Assembly: GCA_963749495.1 (NCBI GenBank)
Contig: CAVVMW010000021.1
Coordinates: 1 to 64,000 of the forward strand
Source: an uncultured bacterium
GTDB lineage: Bacteria > Verrucomicrobiota > Verrucomicrobiia > Limisphaerales > UBA8199
Direction of reading: 5' to 3'
Length of the DNA: 64,000 nucleotides
Shown here piece after piece: positions 54,516 through 63,742 of the stretch; the stretch's first letter is position 1, and each line of letters begins with the position of its first letter. The position numbers and the translations under genes are program-made. The notes under the pieces are model-generated. The model was not told the origin of the DNA. It did no database searches and was given only the letters and a program-made list of their open reading frames with translations.

Positions 54516-56297
54516 ATGCGAACACTCGCTTCACTGCTGCTGGTTTGCCTGGCCGCCGGTTGTGCCAGGATGTCTCCCTCGACCGGCCGGGACGCGGCCG
54601 GCGCCGACGCCGCCTTCACACAGTTGGCCGAGGAGTATCTCTCCGGCTACCTCGCCTGGCGTCCGCAGACCGGCACGGCGCTCGGGTTTCACCAGTATGA
54701 TGGGAAGCTCACCGATTACAGCCCCATCTCGCTCCAGACCGAATTGGCCCGGCTCAAATCGTTCGACTCGAGGCTGGCGGGGCTGAACACCAGCCGGCTG
54801 GGCCCGCGCGCCTTTCACGATTACCGCATCCTGCGCGCGGCCATCCAGCGGGAAATCTTCAGCTTCGACCGGATGCGGGTCTTTTGGCAAAACCCGATGA
54901 CCTACGCCGGCGCCCTGGACGTGAGCGTCTATATCAAGCGCGACTTTGCGCCGCTCCAGGAGCGGGTCGGCTCGATCCTGGGCCTTCTGGACCAGGCGCC
55001 GGCGCTCTTCGGGGCGGCGCGGGCCAACTTGGCCGACTCGCTGCCGCGCCCGCAAATCGAGACCGCCATCGAACAGGCGGAGGGCGCCGCGGAGTTCCTG
55101 GCCAAAGACCTGGTCCAGGCACTCAAGGACGTGAAAAACCCCGGGCTCATGGAGCAATTCAACGCGTCCAACCAGCGCGCCATCCAGGCCCTGCGCGACT
55201 ACGCCGCCTGGCTCAAGGAGCAGAAGCTGCCCAAGGCCAACGACCGCTACGCCCTGGGCCGCGAGAAATACATGGAACTGCTCCAATACGGCGAGTTAGT
55301 GAGTGCCTCGCCGGAGCGATTGCTGGAGATCGGCCTGCGCGAGTTGCGCCGCCAGCAGGAGGTCTTTGCCAGCGCCGCCCGGCAGATCGATCCGGCCCGC
55401 AAGCCCACGGAGGTGTTCCAGGCCATCCAACGCGACCATCCCACCGAGCAGAGCCTCATTGCCGACACGGCGCGAGACCTCGAGAGCATCCGCCGGTTCC
55501 TGGTCCAGCGCCGCCTGATCACCCTGCCTTCACAAGTCCGCCCGCAAGTGGCCGAGACCCCGCAGTTCCTGCGCGCCACCAGCTTCGCCTCGATGGACAC
55601 GCCCGGCCCGTTCGAGACCCGGGCCACCGAGGCCTACTATTACGTCACGCCCGTGGAACCCGATTGGACGCCTGCCCAGAAAGACGAATGGCTCACTGCC
55701 TTCAACTACTACACCACCAACGTGGTCTCCATCCACGAGGTCTATCCGGGCCACTATGTCCAGTTCCTCTGCCTGAAGGCCTCGCCGGCCGGCAAGGTCG
55801 AGAAGATCTTCTCCAGCTATGCCTTTGTCGAGGGCTGGGCCCATTACGCCGAGCAAATGATGCTCGATGAAGGCTTCGGCCGGGGCGGCGCCGCAATCGC
55901 CCAACGCGAGGACTTGGTCCGCGCGGCCAAATACCGCATGGCCCAGGCCGACGAAGCCCTCCTGCGCGTCTGCCGGCTCTGCGTCTCCATCCAAATGCAC
56001 TGCCAGGGCATGACCGTGGACCAGGCCGCCCAATTCTTCCAGGACAATTGCTATTACCAGCCAAAACCCTCGCGCGCCGAGGCCGTGCGCGGCACCTTCG
56101 ACCCCGAATACCTCTATTACACGCTGGGCAAGATGGAACTGCTCAAGCTGCGCGACGACTGCCGCAAACAGGAGGGCGCGGGCTTCACGCTCCAAAAATT
56201 CCACGACGAACTCCTGCGCCACGGCGCGCCCCCGGTCCGCTTGCTGAGGGAAATCATGCTCAAAGACAGAGCCGCGTGGGACCAGGCCATCGAATAG
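54516..56297 (+). CDS. DUF885-family lipoprotein
   Basis: Lipobox LAAGC, HEVYPGH, EGWAHYAE and YYTLGK motifs. Confidence 0.9.
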   Translation: MRTLASLLLVCLAAGCARMSPSTGRDAAGADAAFTQLAEEYLSGYLAWRPQTGTALGFHQYDGKLTDYSPISLQTELARLKSFDSRLAGLNTSRLGPRAFHDYRILRAAIQREIFSFDRMRVFWQNPMTYAGALDVSVYIKRDFAPLQERVGSILGLLDQAPALFGAARANLADSLPRPQIETAIEQAEGAAEFLAKDLVQALKDVKNPGLMEQFNASNQRAIQALRDYAAWLKEQKLPKANDRYALGREKYMELLQYGELVSASPERLLEIGLRELRRQQEVFASAARQIDPARKPTEVFQAIQRDHPTEQSLIADTARDLESIRRFLVQRRLITLPSQVRPQVAETPQFLRATSFASMDTPGPFETRATEAYYYVTPVEPDWTPAQKDEWLTAFNYYTTNVVSIHEVYPGHYVQFLCLKASPAGKVEKIFSSYAFVEGWAHYAEQMMLDEGFGRGGAAIAQREDLVRAAKYRMAQADEALLRVCRLCVSIQMHCQGMTVDQAAQFFQDNCYYQPKPSRAEAVRGTFDPEYLYYTLGKMELLKLRDDCRKQEGAGFTLQKFHDELLRHGAPPVRLLREIMLKDRAAWDQAIE

Positions 56298-56400
56298 TGC
56301 GGAGTGCGGAGTGCGGAATGCGGAATCCTTCGGAGGAAGGGAGACGGAGGGTGGAGGGCGGAATGACGAATGACGAATGACGAATGACGAATGACGAATG
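56298..56400. repeat. Composite heptamer element, family E: (GTGCGGA)n - core - (GAATGAC)n
   Basis: Same modules at 62347-62526 and inverted inside the polymerase gene. Confidence 0.9.
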
Positions 56401-56426
56401 AGCCCGCAGTCAGTAGTCAGTAGCTA

Positions 56427-56567
56427 GAGCCTGTCCCCAAAGCCCCGCGAGTGGGGGACCTTTGTCGCAGCCTTTGTCGAAACCTTTGTCGGATTGGCCC
56501 TTTTTCGACAAAGGCGCCGACAAAGGCTGCGACAAAGGTTCGGAACCAGGGCTTTTGGGACAGGCTC
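56427..56567. mobile_element. MITE-like element: TIR GAGCCTGTCCC.AAAGCCC enclosing a family B array
   Basis: About 19-bp terminal inverted repeats. Confidence 0.75.
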
Positions 56568-56619
56568 CAGCCACTGACTCCCTCGGTTTTTTTATTGTTG
56601 ACAAGCGCGGCCTTCATAT

Positions 56620-56633
56620 TGGACACTTGTTCA
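56620..56633. promoter_or_regulatory. Candidate LexA operator (TGGACA-CT-TGTTCA)
   Basis: Imperfect palindrome 2 nt before the lexA ATG; TTGACA at 56598-56603. Confidence 0.45.
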
Positions 56634-56635
56634 GT

Positions 56636-57268
56636 ATGAAGGAACTGACGAAGAGACAACGCCAGGTCCTGGAGTTCATCCAGGACCGCCAGGATGCAGC
56701 GGGCCTCGTTCCGACCTACCGCGAGATAGCCGCGCATTTCGGTTTCAACAGTCCGAACGCAGTGCTGGCGCACGTCAAGGCCCTGCAGAGCAAGGGGTTT
56801 TTGAAAAACCAGCCGGGCCGCGCCCGGACTTTCCAGGTGATGAATCCCAGCGCGCCGAGGCACCGGTTGCGGCCGCGCATCCTCTCGGTGCCCATCTACG
56901 GCACCATCCCTGCCGGTGTCCCGATCGAGGCCGTCCAGGAAGACGAGGGGTGCGTGCTGATCGACGTGGAGACGCTGGGGATTCGGCCGAGCGCCCGCAC
57001 CTTTGGCTTGAAGGTCCGGGGCGATTCCATGCTCGGCAAGAACATCGTGGACGGCGACATCGCCATCATCGAGCATGGCCTGGCGCCGCGTCCCGGCGAC
57101 GTGGTGGCCGCGCTCATCAACGGGCAGGTCACGCTCAAGACTTTTGTCGTGCAGCGGGGCAAGGCATTTTTGCGCGCGGAAAATCCCCGCTATTCGAACC
57201 TGGTCCCCCAGGAAGAACTGCAAGTCCAGGGCGTTATGGTGGCCCTGGTGCGCAGGCGGAAAGGCTAA
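56636..57268 (+). CDS. lexA: LexA repressor
   Basis: LTKRQ..VL.FI wHTH, PTYREIA, Ala-Gly cleavage site IPAG, catalytic GDSM and TLK. Confidence 0.93.
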   Translation: MKELTKRQRQVLEFIQDRQDAAGLVPTYREIAAHFGFNSPNAVLAHVKALQSKGFLKNQPGRARTFQVMNPSAPRHRLRPRILSVPIYGTIPAGVPIEAVQEDEGCVLIDVETLGIRPSARTFGLKVRGDSMLGKNIVDGDIAIIEHGLAPRPGDVVAALINGQVTLKTFVVQRGKAFLRAENPRYSNLVPQEELQVQGVMVALVRRRKG

Positions 57269-57510
57269 AGGCTGAAGGCTAAAGGCTAAAGGTGAGGGAC
57301 GAATGACAAATGACAAATGACAAATGACGAATGACGAATGACGAAGGGGGGCCGAGCAGGGAAGGGCGCGAAGCGTTTTGGACTGGCGCAGTCCAAAACC
57401 TGGCGGCCTGGATACCGAGTGCCGACGGGCGCCGCCTCGTCTCCGCTTCGTCATTCGTCATTTGTCATTCGTCATTCGTCATTCGACCCTCGTCTCTCGA
57501 CCCTCGGCCC
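57260..57510. repeat. Stacked repeats between lexA and the polymerase gene
   Basis: (AAGGCT)x4, (RAATGAC)x6, short family D palindrome, (TTCGTCA)x5, (TCGACCC-like)x4. Confidence 0.88.
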
Positions 57511-57518
57511 TCTTCGCC

Positions 57519-60500
57519 ATGACGGAATCTCGACAGCGGGCCAGAGCGATCGTGCATCTGGATGCGGATGCGTTTTTCGCCTCGGTAGAGCAGGCGGCGG
57601 ACGCGCGGCTGCGCGGCAGGCCCGTGGCTGTGGGGGGCGACAAGCGCGGCATCATTGCCTCGGCCTCCTACGAGGCGCGCAAGTTTGGCATTTACACGCC
57701 CATGCCCACCGCCCTGGCGCGCCGGCTCTGCCCCAGGCTGGTGCTCCTGCCGGGCGACTTCGACAAGTATGAGCTCTTTTCGCGGCTGATGTTTTCGTAT
57801 GCCTACGATTTCACGCCGGACGTGGAGATCGGCTCGATTGACGAGGGATATTTCGATTTGACGGGGTCGCGGCGGCCGGCGCTGAGCATTGCCGAGACGA
57901 TCCGGCAGGCGATCCGGCAGGCGCTCCGGCTGTCGGTCAGCGAGGGCATCGCTGCCAACAAACTGGTCAGCCAGATCGCCTCGAAGCTGAACAAACCCGC
58001 GGCGTTTCAATTCGTGCCGGGCGGGCAGGAGGGGCAATTTTTGGCGCCGCTGGCCAACCAATGGCTGCCGGGAATCGGCCCCCGGACGGCGGCGCAGTTG
58101 AATGCGGCCGGCCTGGCGCGCATCGGCCAGGTCGCCTGCACGCCGCTGGACCTGCTGGGGTTGCTGGTGGGCAACCAGGCGCCGCAGTTGCACCGCTTTG
58201 CCTTGGGCCAGGATGAGCGGCCGGTCATCCCGGCGCGCGCCCCGGCCAAGTCCTACGGCCAACAGGAGACCTTTGCGGCGGACACCACCGACCAAGAGTT
58301 CCTGGAGGCGGCCTTGCAGCGGATGGCGGACCACCTCATGGCCAAAGTGCGCGCGGACGGCAAGAGCATCCGCACCCTCACGGTCAAGGTCCGCTACAAC
58401 GACATGGACGAGGAGCAGGCGAGCGAGAGCCTGGCCGAGCCCACGGACCTGGAAACCGAAATCTATACCCGCGTCATCCTGCTCCTGCGCCGGGCCTGGA
58501 AACGCCGGGTCAGCCTCCGCCTGGTCTCGCTCAAGCTGGACAATGTCTATGACGGCCCTTTCCGGAGCGGGCTGGCCCTGGACACCGCCGCCCGCCGCCA
58601 CGACGCCCAGCAGCGCCTGGCCGGCGCAGTCGATCAGTTACGCGAAAAATATGGCCGCAGCGCCCTCCTCCGGGGACACGACTTCGTCTTAGCCGAGTCA
58701 GTCCACAGTCCAGAGTCCACAGTCCACAGTCCACAGTCCGGAAGCCGGAACGCGGAGGACGGAAGACGGAGGACGGAAGACGGAGGGCGGAAGACGGAAT
58801 GCGGACTCCGGACTCGGGAATTTGAGATCTCGGATCTGAAATCTGATATCCGGACTGTGGACTGTGGACTGTGGACTGTGGACCGTGGACTGACTCTGGA
58901 CTGTGGACTACCCCTGAACGTCCACAGTTATTATTCGTTTCTGGATTCCACGCTTTCGATCCGGGCGGTGGTGGATTGGGCCAAACGGCACGAGCTGCCG
59001 GCCATTGCGCTGACCGACCGCAACAACCTGCACGGGGCGGTGGAGTTTGCCCAGGCAGCCGCCGAGGCGGGGATTAAGGCGATTATCGGGGCTGAACTCG
59101 CCTGGCAGGGGCGGCGCGTCTGCCTCTACGTCCAGGACCAGACGGGCTACCGCAATCTCTGCGGCATCTTGAGCGCCAAGACAGCGCGAGGTGGCGAAGA
59201 GGACTCGCCGGGAACGATTGGAGGCCAATACAAGAGACAAAAAGGACAACAGGGACGCCAGGATGCCGACTCAGCGGCAGCCCGGGAGATGAAGATGGAT
59301 TTTCAGGGCAATGTCCGCGCTCCGTTGCGGGCTCCCGCAATTTTCGATTCGCCGGAGCACACCGCCGGTCTGCTGGCGGTGAGCCCCTGTGCCGAACTGG
59401 CCCGGTTTTTTCCCGGCCGGTTCTACCTGGCGGTCGAGAATCCCGATGCCCTGGGCGGGAGGACCGTTCCCCTGCCTTGCGTGCCCTGGTTGCCGGTCCA
59501 TTACGAGCAGCCTGCCGACCGCTGGAAGTACGACGTGGTGCAAAGCATCCGCACGCTGACCCTGCTCCGGCAGCAGCATCCCCAAAAGCGGCTGGGAGGC
59601 GAATATCATTTCCGGTCCGGCGCGGAGCTGCAGCGGCTCTTCGGCGCCCGGCCGGAATGGCTCCAACACAGCCATGAGATTGCCGACCGCTGCCAGTTCG
59701 CCTTCCGCCTGGGCAAACCGCAGTTCCCCGCCTACGCCCCGGCGGACGGCTCGACACCGGCCGCCTTTCTGCGCCGGTTGGCGCTGGAAGGGCTGCAACG
59801 CCGTTACCCCACCGAGCACGCCCGCCTCAAACCCCAGCTCGAAGAGGAGCTGCTCATCATCACCGAGGTCGGCTACGAGGAATACTTCCTGGTCATGTGG
59901 GACATCCTGCAGGAATGCCTGCGGCGCGCCATCCACTGGATCACGCGCGGCAGCGCCGCCGATTCCCTCGTCTGCTATTGCCTGGGCATCAGCGACGTTT
60001 GCCCCATCCGCTTCGATCTCTACTTCCGCCGTTTCCTCAACAAAGAGCGCATGGCGCTCAGCAAGCTGCCCGACATCGATGTGGATTTCGCGCACGACCG
60101 CAAGGACGACGTGCTCGATCTGATCTTCGAAAAATACGGTCCGGCGCACGCGGCCATTGTGGGCGGCTTCTCCACGTTTCAATCGCGCAGCGCCTTTGCC
60201 GAAGCGGCCAAAGTGCTGGGGGTCTCCGAATTCCAGGTCCGCCGCATCACCGAGCGGCTGCCGCATTTCTCGCGCGCCTCCGAGCTGGCCCAAGCCGCCG
60301 CCGCCACCCTCGAGTGCCGCGATTTGCCGCTGGACCAGGAGCCCTACGCCAGCGCGCTGCGGATGGCGCGATTTCTCGACGGCTTTCCCCGCTACCCCAA
60401 GATGCACCCGTGCGGGCTGGTGCTCTCGCGCCAGGCCATGTCCGAAATCACCCCCTGCTTCGTCTCCGCCAAGGGCTATCCCACCACGCACTTCGACATG

Positions 60501-62423
60501 GACTCGGTCGAGGCCGTGGGGTTGATCAAGATGGACATCCTCGCCCAGGGCGGCCTGGCGGTCATGCGCGATGTGTTGGCCGAAGTTAGTCCAGAGTCCA
60601 GAGTCCAGAGTCCACAGTCCGGATATCAGATTTCAGATCCGAGATCTCAAATTCCAGAGTCCGGAGTCCGCACTCCGCATTCGCCATTCGTCATTCGTCA
60701 TTCGTCATTCCCCCCTCCGCCATCCGTCTCCCTTCCTCCGAAGGACTCCGCATTCCGCACTCCGCACTCCGCATTGGCGGACCCGGAGGTCTGGGAGATG
60801 ATCGCCGGGGGCCACGCCCGCGCGGTGCATCACATCGAGAGCCCGGCCATGGTATCGCTCTGCAAAATGTGCGGCGTGCGGGACATTGACACGCTCATCG
60901 CCATCGTCTCGGTGATTCGCCCCGGCGCGGCCAACGAGAGCAAGAAGATGGAATTTGCGCGGCGCTACCAGGGCCTGACCCCGGTGCGCTATGCGCATCC
61001 GTCGCTGGAGCCGTGCCTGCGCAGCACTTACGGCCTGGTGGTCTATGAAGAGCATATCCTGCAGATCTGCGAGGCCTTCGCCGGCCTGCCGCCGGGCCGG
61101 GCGGACGTCCTGCGCCGGGCGCTGGGCAAAGAGAAGGAGGGCCTGATTGCGCAGATCCAGGGTGAGTTCGCCCAGTGCGCCCGGCGGCGCGGCCGCACCG
61201 AGGCCCAGATTACGGAGGTGTGGGGGCTGGTGGCCGGTTTTCGAGGCTATGCCTTCTGCAAGGCGCACAGCACCGCTTACGGCGTCGAGGCCTATCAATC
61301 GGCCTGGCTCAAGCGGTATTACCCGGCCCAGTTCATGGCCGCGGTCCTCACCAACGGCAAAGGCTTTTATGACCCGCTGGTCTATGTGCTCGAATGCCAT
61401 CGGCTGGGCATTTCGCTGCTGCCGCCCTCGGTCAACGACCCCGGCCCGCAATTCAGGGTGCGCGAGGGCAAGATCCGCGTGCCGCTCCTGCGGGTCAAAG
61501 GGCTGACCGGCCGCACTTCTGAAACCATCCTGGCCGAGCGCGACCGCGACCGGTTTTCGTCGCTGCCCGATTTCCTGCTCCGCGTCCAGCCGCTCCCGCA
61601 AGAGATGGAGGCGCTCATCCGGGTGGGGGCCTTCGATGAGTTCGGCAAATCCCGCACGACGCAGGTACCTGGGAATTCAAATCGCTCTGTGCGCAGTCCA
61701 GAGTCAGTCCACAGTCCACAGTCCACAGTCCAGAGTCCACAGTCCACAGTCCAGAGTCCACAGTCCACAGTCCAGAGTCCACAGTCCGGATATCAGATTT
61801 CAGATCCGAGATCTCAAATTCCAGAGTCCGGAGTCCGCACTCTGCATTCGTCATTCGTCATTCGTCATTCGTCATTCCGCCCTCCACCCCCCGCCAGCCT
61901 CTGGCTGTTCCCACCGGGAAACCTCGACCATTTGCCTTCCGTCCCGCTGTCGGAACCCAATCGGCTGCAACGGCTGCGCTGGGAGGAAGAGTTGCTGGGC
62001 TTCCCCGCGAGCGGCCATCCGCTGGAGTTGTTTCCCGATGTGGCCTGGGACACCTATTGTCCCGTCTGCCGGCTCGGCCAGCACGTGGGCCAGCAGGTGG
62101 TCACTTGCGGCCTGGTCATCGAGCAGCGCCTCTTTCACCAGACCACCGGCGAGCCGATGAAGTTCCTGACCCTGGCCGATTGGACCGGCATGGTGGAGAC
62201 CGAACTCTTCGCCCGCACCTACCGCTCCTACGGCCTGAACACGATCCGCTACCGCGTCCTGGAAATCTCGGCCACAGTCGAGCCGTTTGAAAACGGGCGC
62301 GGCTATACCCTGCGCGTGCTCCGGGCGGGCAAGGCGAGGGGGAGGGAATGCGGAGTGCGGAGTGCGGAGTGCGGAGTGCGGAATCCTTCGGAAGGAGGGA
62401 GACGGGGAACGAATGACGAATGA
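57519..62423 (+). CDS. DinB (Y-family) - DnaE2-like (C-family, PHP/Pol/OB) fusion polymerase with in-frame repeat inserts
   Basis: HLDADAFFASVE, ASYEAR, SIDEGY and NKLVSQIAS; then HSYYSFLDS, RGSAA, PDIDVDF, KMDIL, GYAFCKAH and OB-fold MKFLTLADWTG, all in one ORF. Confidence 0.88.
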   Translation: MTESRQRARAIVHLDADAFFASVEQAADARLRGRPVAVGGDKRGIIASASYEARKFGIYTPMPTALARRLCPRLVLLPGDFDKYELFSRLMFSYAYDFTPDVEIGSIDEGYFDLTGSRRPALSIAETIRQAIRQALRLSVSEGIAANKLVSQIASKLNKPAAFQFVPGGQEGQFLAPLANQWLPGIGPRTAAQLNAAGLARIGQVACTPLDLLGLLVGNQAPQLHRFALGQDERPVIPARAPAKSYGQQETFAADTTDQEFLEAALQRMADHLMAKVRADGKSIRTLTVKVRYNDMDEEQASESLAEPTDLETEIYTRVILLLRRAWKRRVSLRLVSLKLDNVYDGPFRSGLALDTAARRHDAQQRLAGAVDQLREKYGRSALLRGHDFVLAESVHSPESTVHSPQSGSRNAEDGRRRTEDGGRKTECGLRTREFEISDLKSDIRTVDCGLWTVDRGLTLDCGLPLNVHSYYSFLDSTLSIRAVVDWAKRHELPAIALTDRNNLHGAVEFAQAAAEAGIKAIIGAELAWQGRRVCLYVQDQTGYRNLCGILSAKTARGGEEDSPGTIGGQYKRQKGQQGRQDADSAAAREMKMDFQGNVRAPLRAPAIFDSPEHTAGLLAVSPCAELARFFPGRFYLAVENPDALGGRTVPLPCVPWLPVHYEQPADRWKYDVVQSIRTLTLLRQQHPQKRLGGEYHFRSGAELQRLFGARPEWLQHSHEIADRCQFAFRLGKPQFPAYAPADGSTPAAFLRRLALEGLQRRYPTEHARLKPQLEEELLIITEVGYEEYFLVMWDILQECLRRAIHWITRGSAADSLVCYCLGISDVCPIRFDLYFRRFLNKERMALSKLPDIDVDFAHDRKDDVLDLIFEKYGPAHAAIVGGFSTFQSRSAFAEAAKVLGVSEFQVRRITERLPHFSRASELAQAAAATLECRDLPLDQEPYASALRMARFLDGFPRYPKMHPCGLVLSRQAMSEITPCFVSAKGYPTTHFDMDSVEAVGLIKMDILAQGGLAVMRDVLAEVSPESRVQSPQSGYQISDPRSQIPESGVRTPHSPFVIRHSSFPPPPSVSLPPKDSAFRTPHSALADPEVWEMIAGGHARAVHHIESPAMVSLCKMCGVRDIDTLIAIVSVIRPGAANESKKMEFARRYQGLTPVRYAHPSLEPCLRSTYGLVVYEEHILQICEAFAGLPPGRADVLRRALGKEKEGLIAQIQGEFAQCARRRGRTEAQITEVWGLVAGFRGYAFCKAHSTAYGVEAYQSAWLKRYYPAQFMAAVLTNGKGFYDPLVYVLECHRLGISLLPPSVNDPGPQFRVREGKIRVPLLRVKGLTGRTSETILAERDRDRFSSLPDFLLRVQPLPQEMEALIRVGAFDEFGKSRTTQVPGNSNRSVRSPESVHSPQSTVQSPQSTVQSPQSTVQSPQSGYQISDPRSQIPESGVRTLHSSFVIRHSSFRPPPPASLWLFPPGNLDHLPSVPLSEPNRLQRLRWEEELLGFPASGHPLELFPDVAWDTYCPVCRLGQHVGQQVVTCGLVIEQRLFHQTTGEPMKFLTLADWTGMVETELFARTYRSYGLNTIRYRVLEISATVEPFENGRGYTLRVLRAGKARGRECGVRSAECGVRNPSEGGRRGTNDE
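58695..58909. repeat. Family E element forming the DinB-PHP linker
   Basis: (TCCACAG)n ... (GGAAGAC)n ... (CTGTGGA)n. Confidence 0.9.
60588..60775. repeat. Family E element inside the polymerase core
   Basis: Reverse complement of 62347-62526. Confidence 0.92.
61695..61890. repeat. Family E element before the OB fold
   Basis: (TCCACAG/TCCAGAG)n-GATATCAGATTTCAG...-(TTCGTCA)n. Confidence 0.92.
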
Positions 62424-62526
62424 CGAATGACGAATGCGGGGTGCAGACTCCGGACTCTGGAATTTGAGATCCGGGATCTGAAATCTGATATCCGGACTGT
62501 GGACTGTGGACTGTGGACTGTGGACC
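62347..62526. repeat. Family E element spanning the polymerase stop codon
   Basis: The ORF runs into the element and ends at a GAATGA unit. Confidence 0.92.
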
Positions 62527-62599
62527 GCCCCGCCGTCCGACTTTCGGCTTGCGCAGCGCCGGATTAACGGCTTTGCTATCGCGCCATCAGGCACAACTT

Positions 62600-63742
62600 A
62601 TGAAACAGCTCAACGTCGGACTCATCGGCTGCGGCTTCATGGGCCGCACGCACTCCAACGCCTATCGCAAAGTCAATAACTTCTTCGACCTCGAATACCA
62701 TCCCGTCCTCAAAGCGGTCTGCGATATCGAGGAGCCCAAGGTCAAGGCCTTTGCGGCCCGGTGGGGCTACGAATCCCACGAAACCGATTGGCGCAAGCTG
62801 GTCACACGCCCGGACATCAACCTGGTGGACATCCCGGCCCCGAACGACCTGCACAAGGACATCGCGATCGCGGCGGCCAAGGCCGGCAAGATGATCCTGT
62901 GCGAGAAACCGCTGGCCAGGAACGGCCCCGAGGCCCTGAAAATGGTCGAGGCGGTCGAAAAGGCCGGCGTGCCCAACTTCGTCTCGTTCAATTACAGGCG
63001 CATCCCCGCCGTGACGCTGGCCAAGCAACTTATCGATGAGGGCCGGCTGGGGCGCATCTTCCATTACCGGGCGAAGTTCCTGCAGGACTGGACGATCTCG
63101 AAAGACCTCCCACAGGGAGGCACGGCGCTTTGGCGGCTGGATGTCAAGGTGGCCGGGAGCGGCGTGACGGGCGATTTGCTGGCGCATTGCATCGATACGG
63201 CCCTGTGGCTCAACGGCCCCATCGAGAAGGTCAACGCGATGACCGAGACCTTCATCAAGGAACGGATGCACACGCTGACAGGCAAGGTGGAGAAGGTGGG
63301 CATCGATGATGCCTGCGCGTTCCTGGCCCGGTTCAAGAACGGCTCGCTCGCCACCTTCGAAGCCACCCGCTACGCCCGAGGCCACAAGGCCCTCTACACC
63401 TTCGAGATCAACGGCGAGCACGCCTCCATCTTCTGGGACCTCCACGACCTCCACCGCCTCCAGTATTTCGACCACCGCGACGAGGGCCGCGTCCGGGGCT
63501 GGCGCAACATTCATGTCACCGATGGCGACCATCCCTACATGGGCAAGTGGTGGGTGCCCGGGCTGCAAATCGGCTACGAGCACAGTTTCGTACACCAGGT
63601 CGCCGACTTCCTCGAGGGCCTAGCCACGGGCAAACCCGCCAGCCCCACCTTCCGCGAGGCGCTCCAAACTCAATACGTCTGCGACGCCGTCCTCAAGTCC
63701 GCCAAGACCGCCCGGTGGGAGAAGGTCAAAAGCAGTCAATAG
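62600..63742 (+). CDS. Gfo/Idh/MocA oxidoreductase
   Basis: GCGFMG, CEKPLA, FNYR and GDLLAH motifs. Confidence 0.92.
   Translation: MKQLNVGLIGCGFMGRTHSNAYRKVNNFFDLEYHPVLKAVCDIEEPKVKAFAARWGYESHETDWRKLVTRPDINLVDIPAPNDLHKDIAIAAAKAGKMILCEKPLARNGPEALKMVEAVEKAGVPNFVSFNYRRIPAVTLAKQLIDEGRLGRIFHYRAKFLQDWTISKDLPQGGTALWRLDVKVAGSGVTGDLLAHCIDTALWLNGPIEKVNAMTETFIKERMHTLTGKVEKVGIDDACAFLARFKNGSLATFEATRYARGHKALYTFEINGEHASIFWDLHDLHRLQYFDHRDEGRVRGWRNIHVTDGDHPYMGKWWVPGLQIGYEHSFVHQVADFLEGLATGKPASPTFREALQTQYVCDAVLKSAKTARWEKVKSSQ

Noticed and set aside
58695..61890. Polymerase inserts as inteins or group I/II introns
   Set aside because: No C/S...HN splice motifs or Hint blocks, too short, and made of simple repeats also found between genes.
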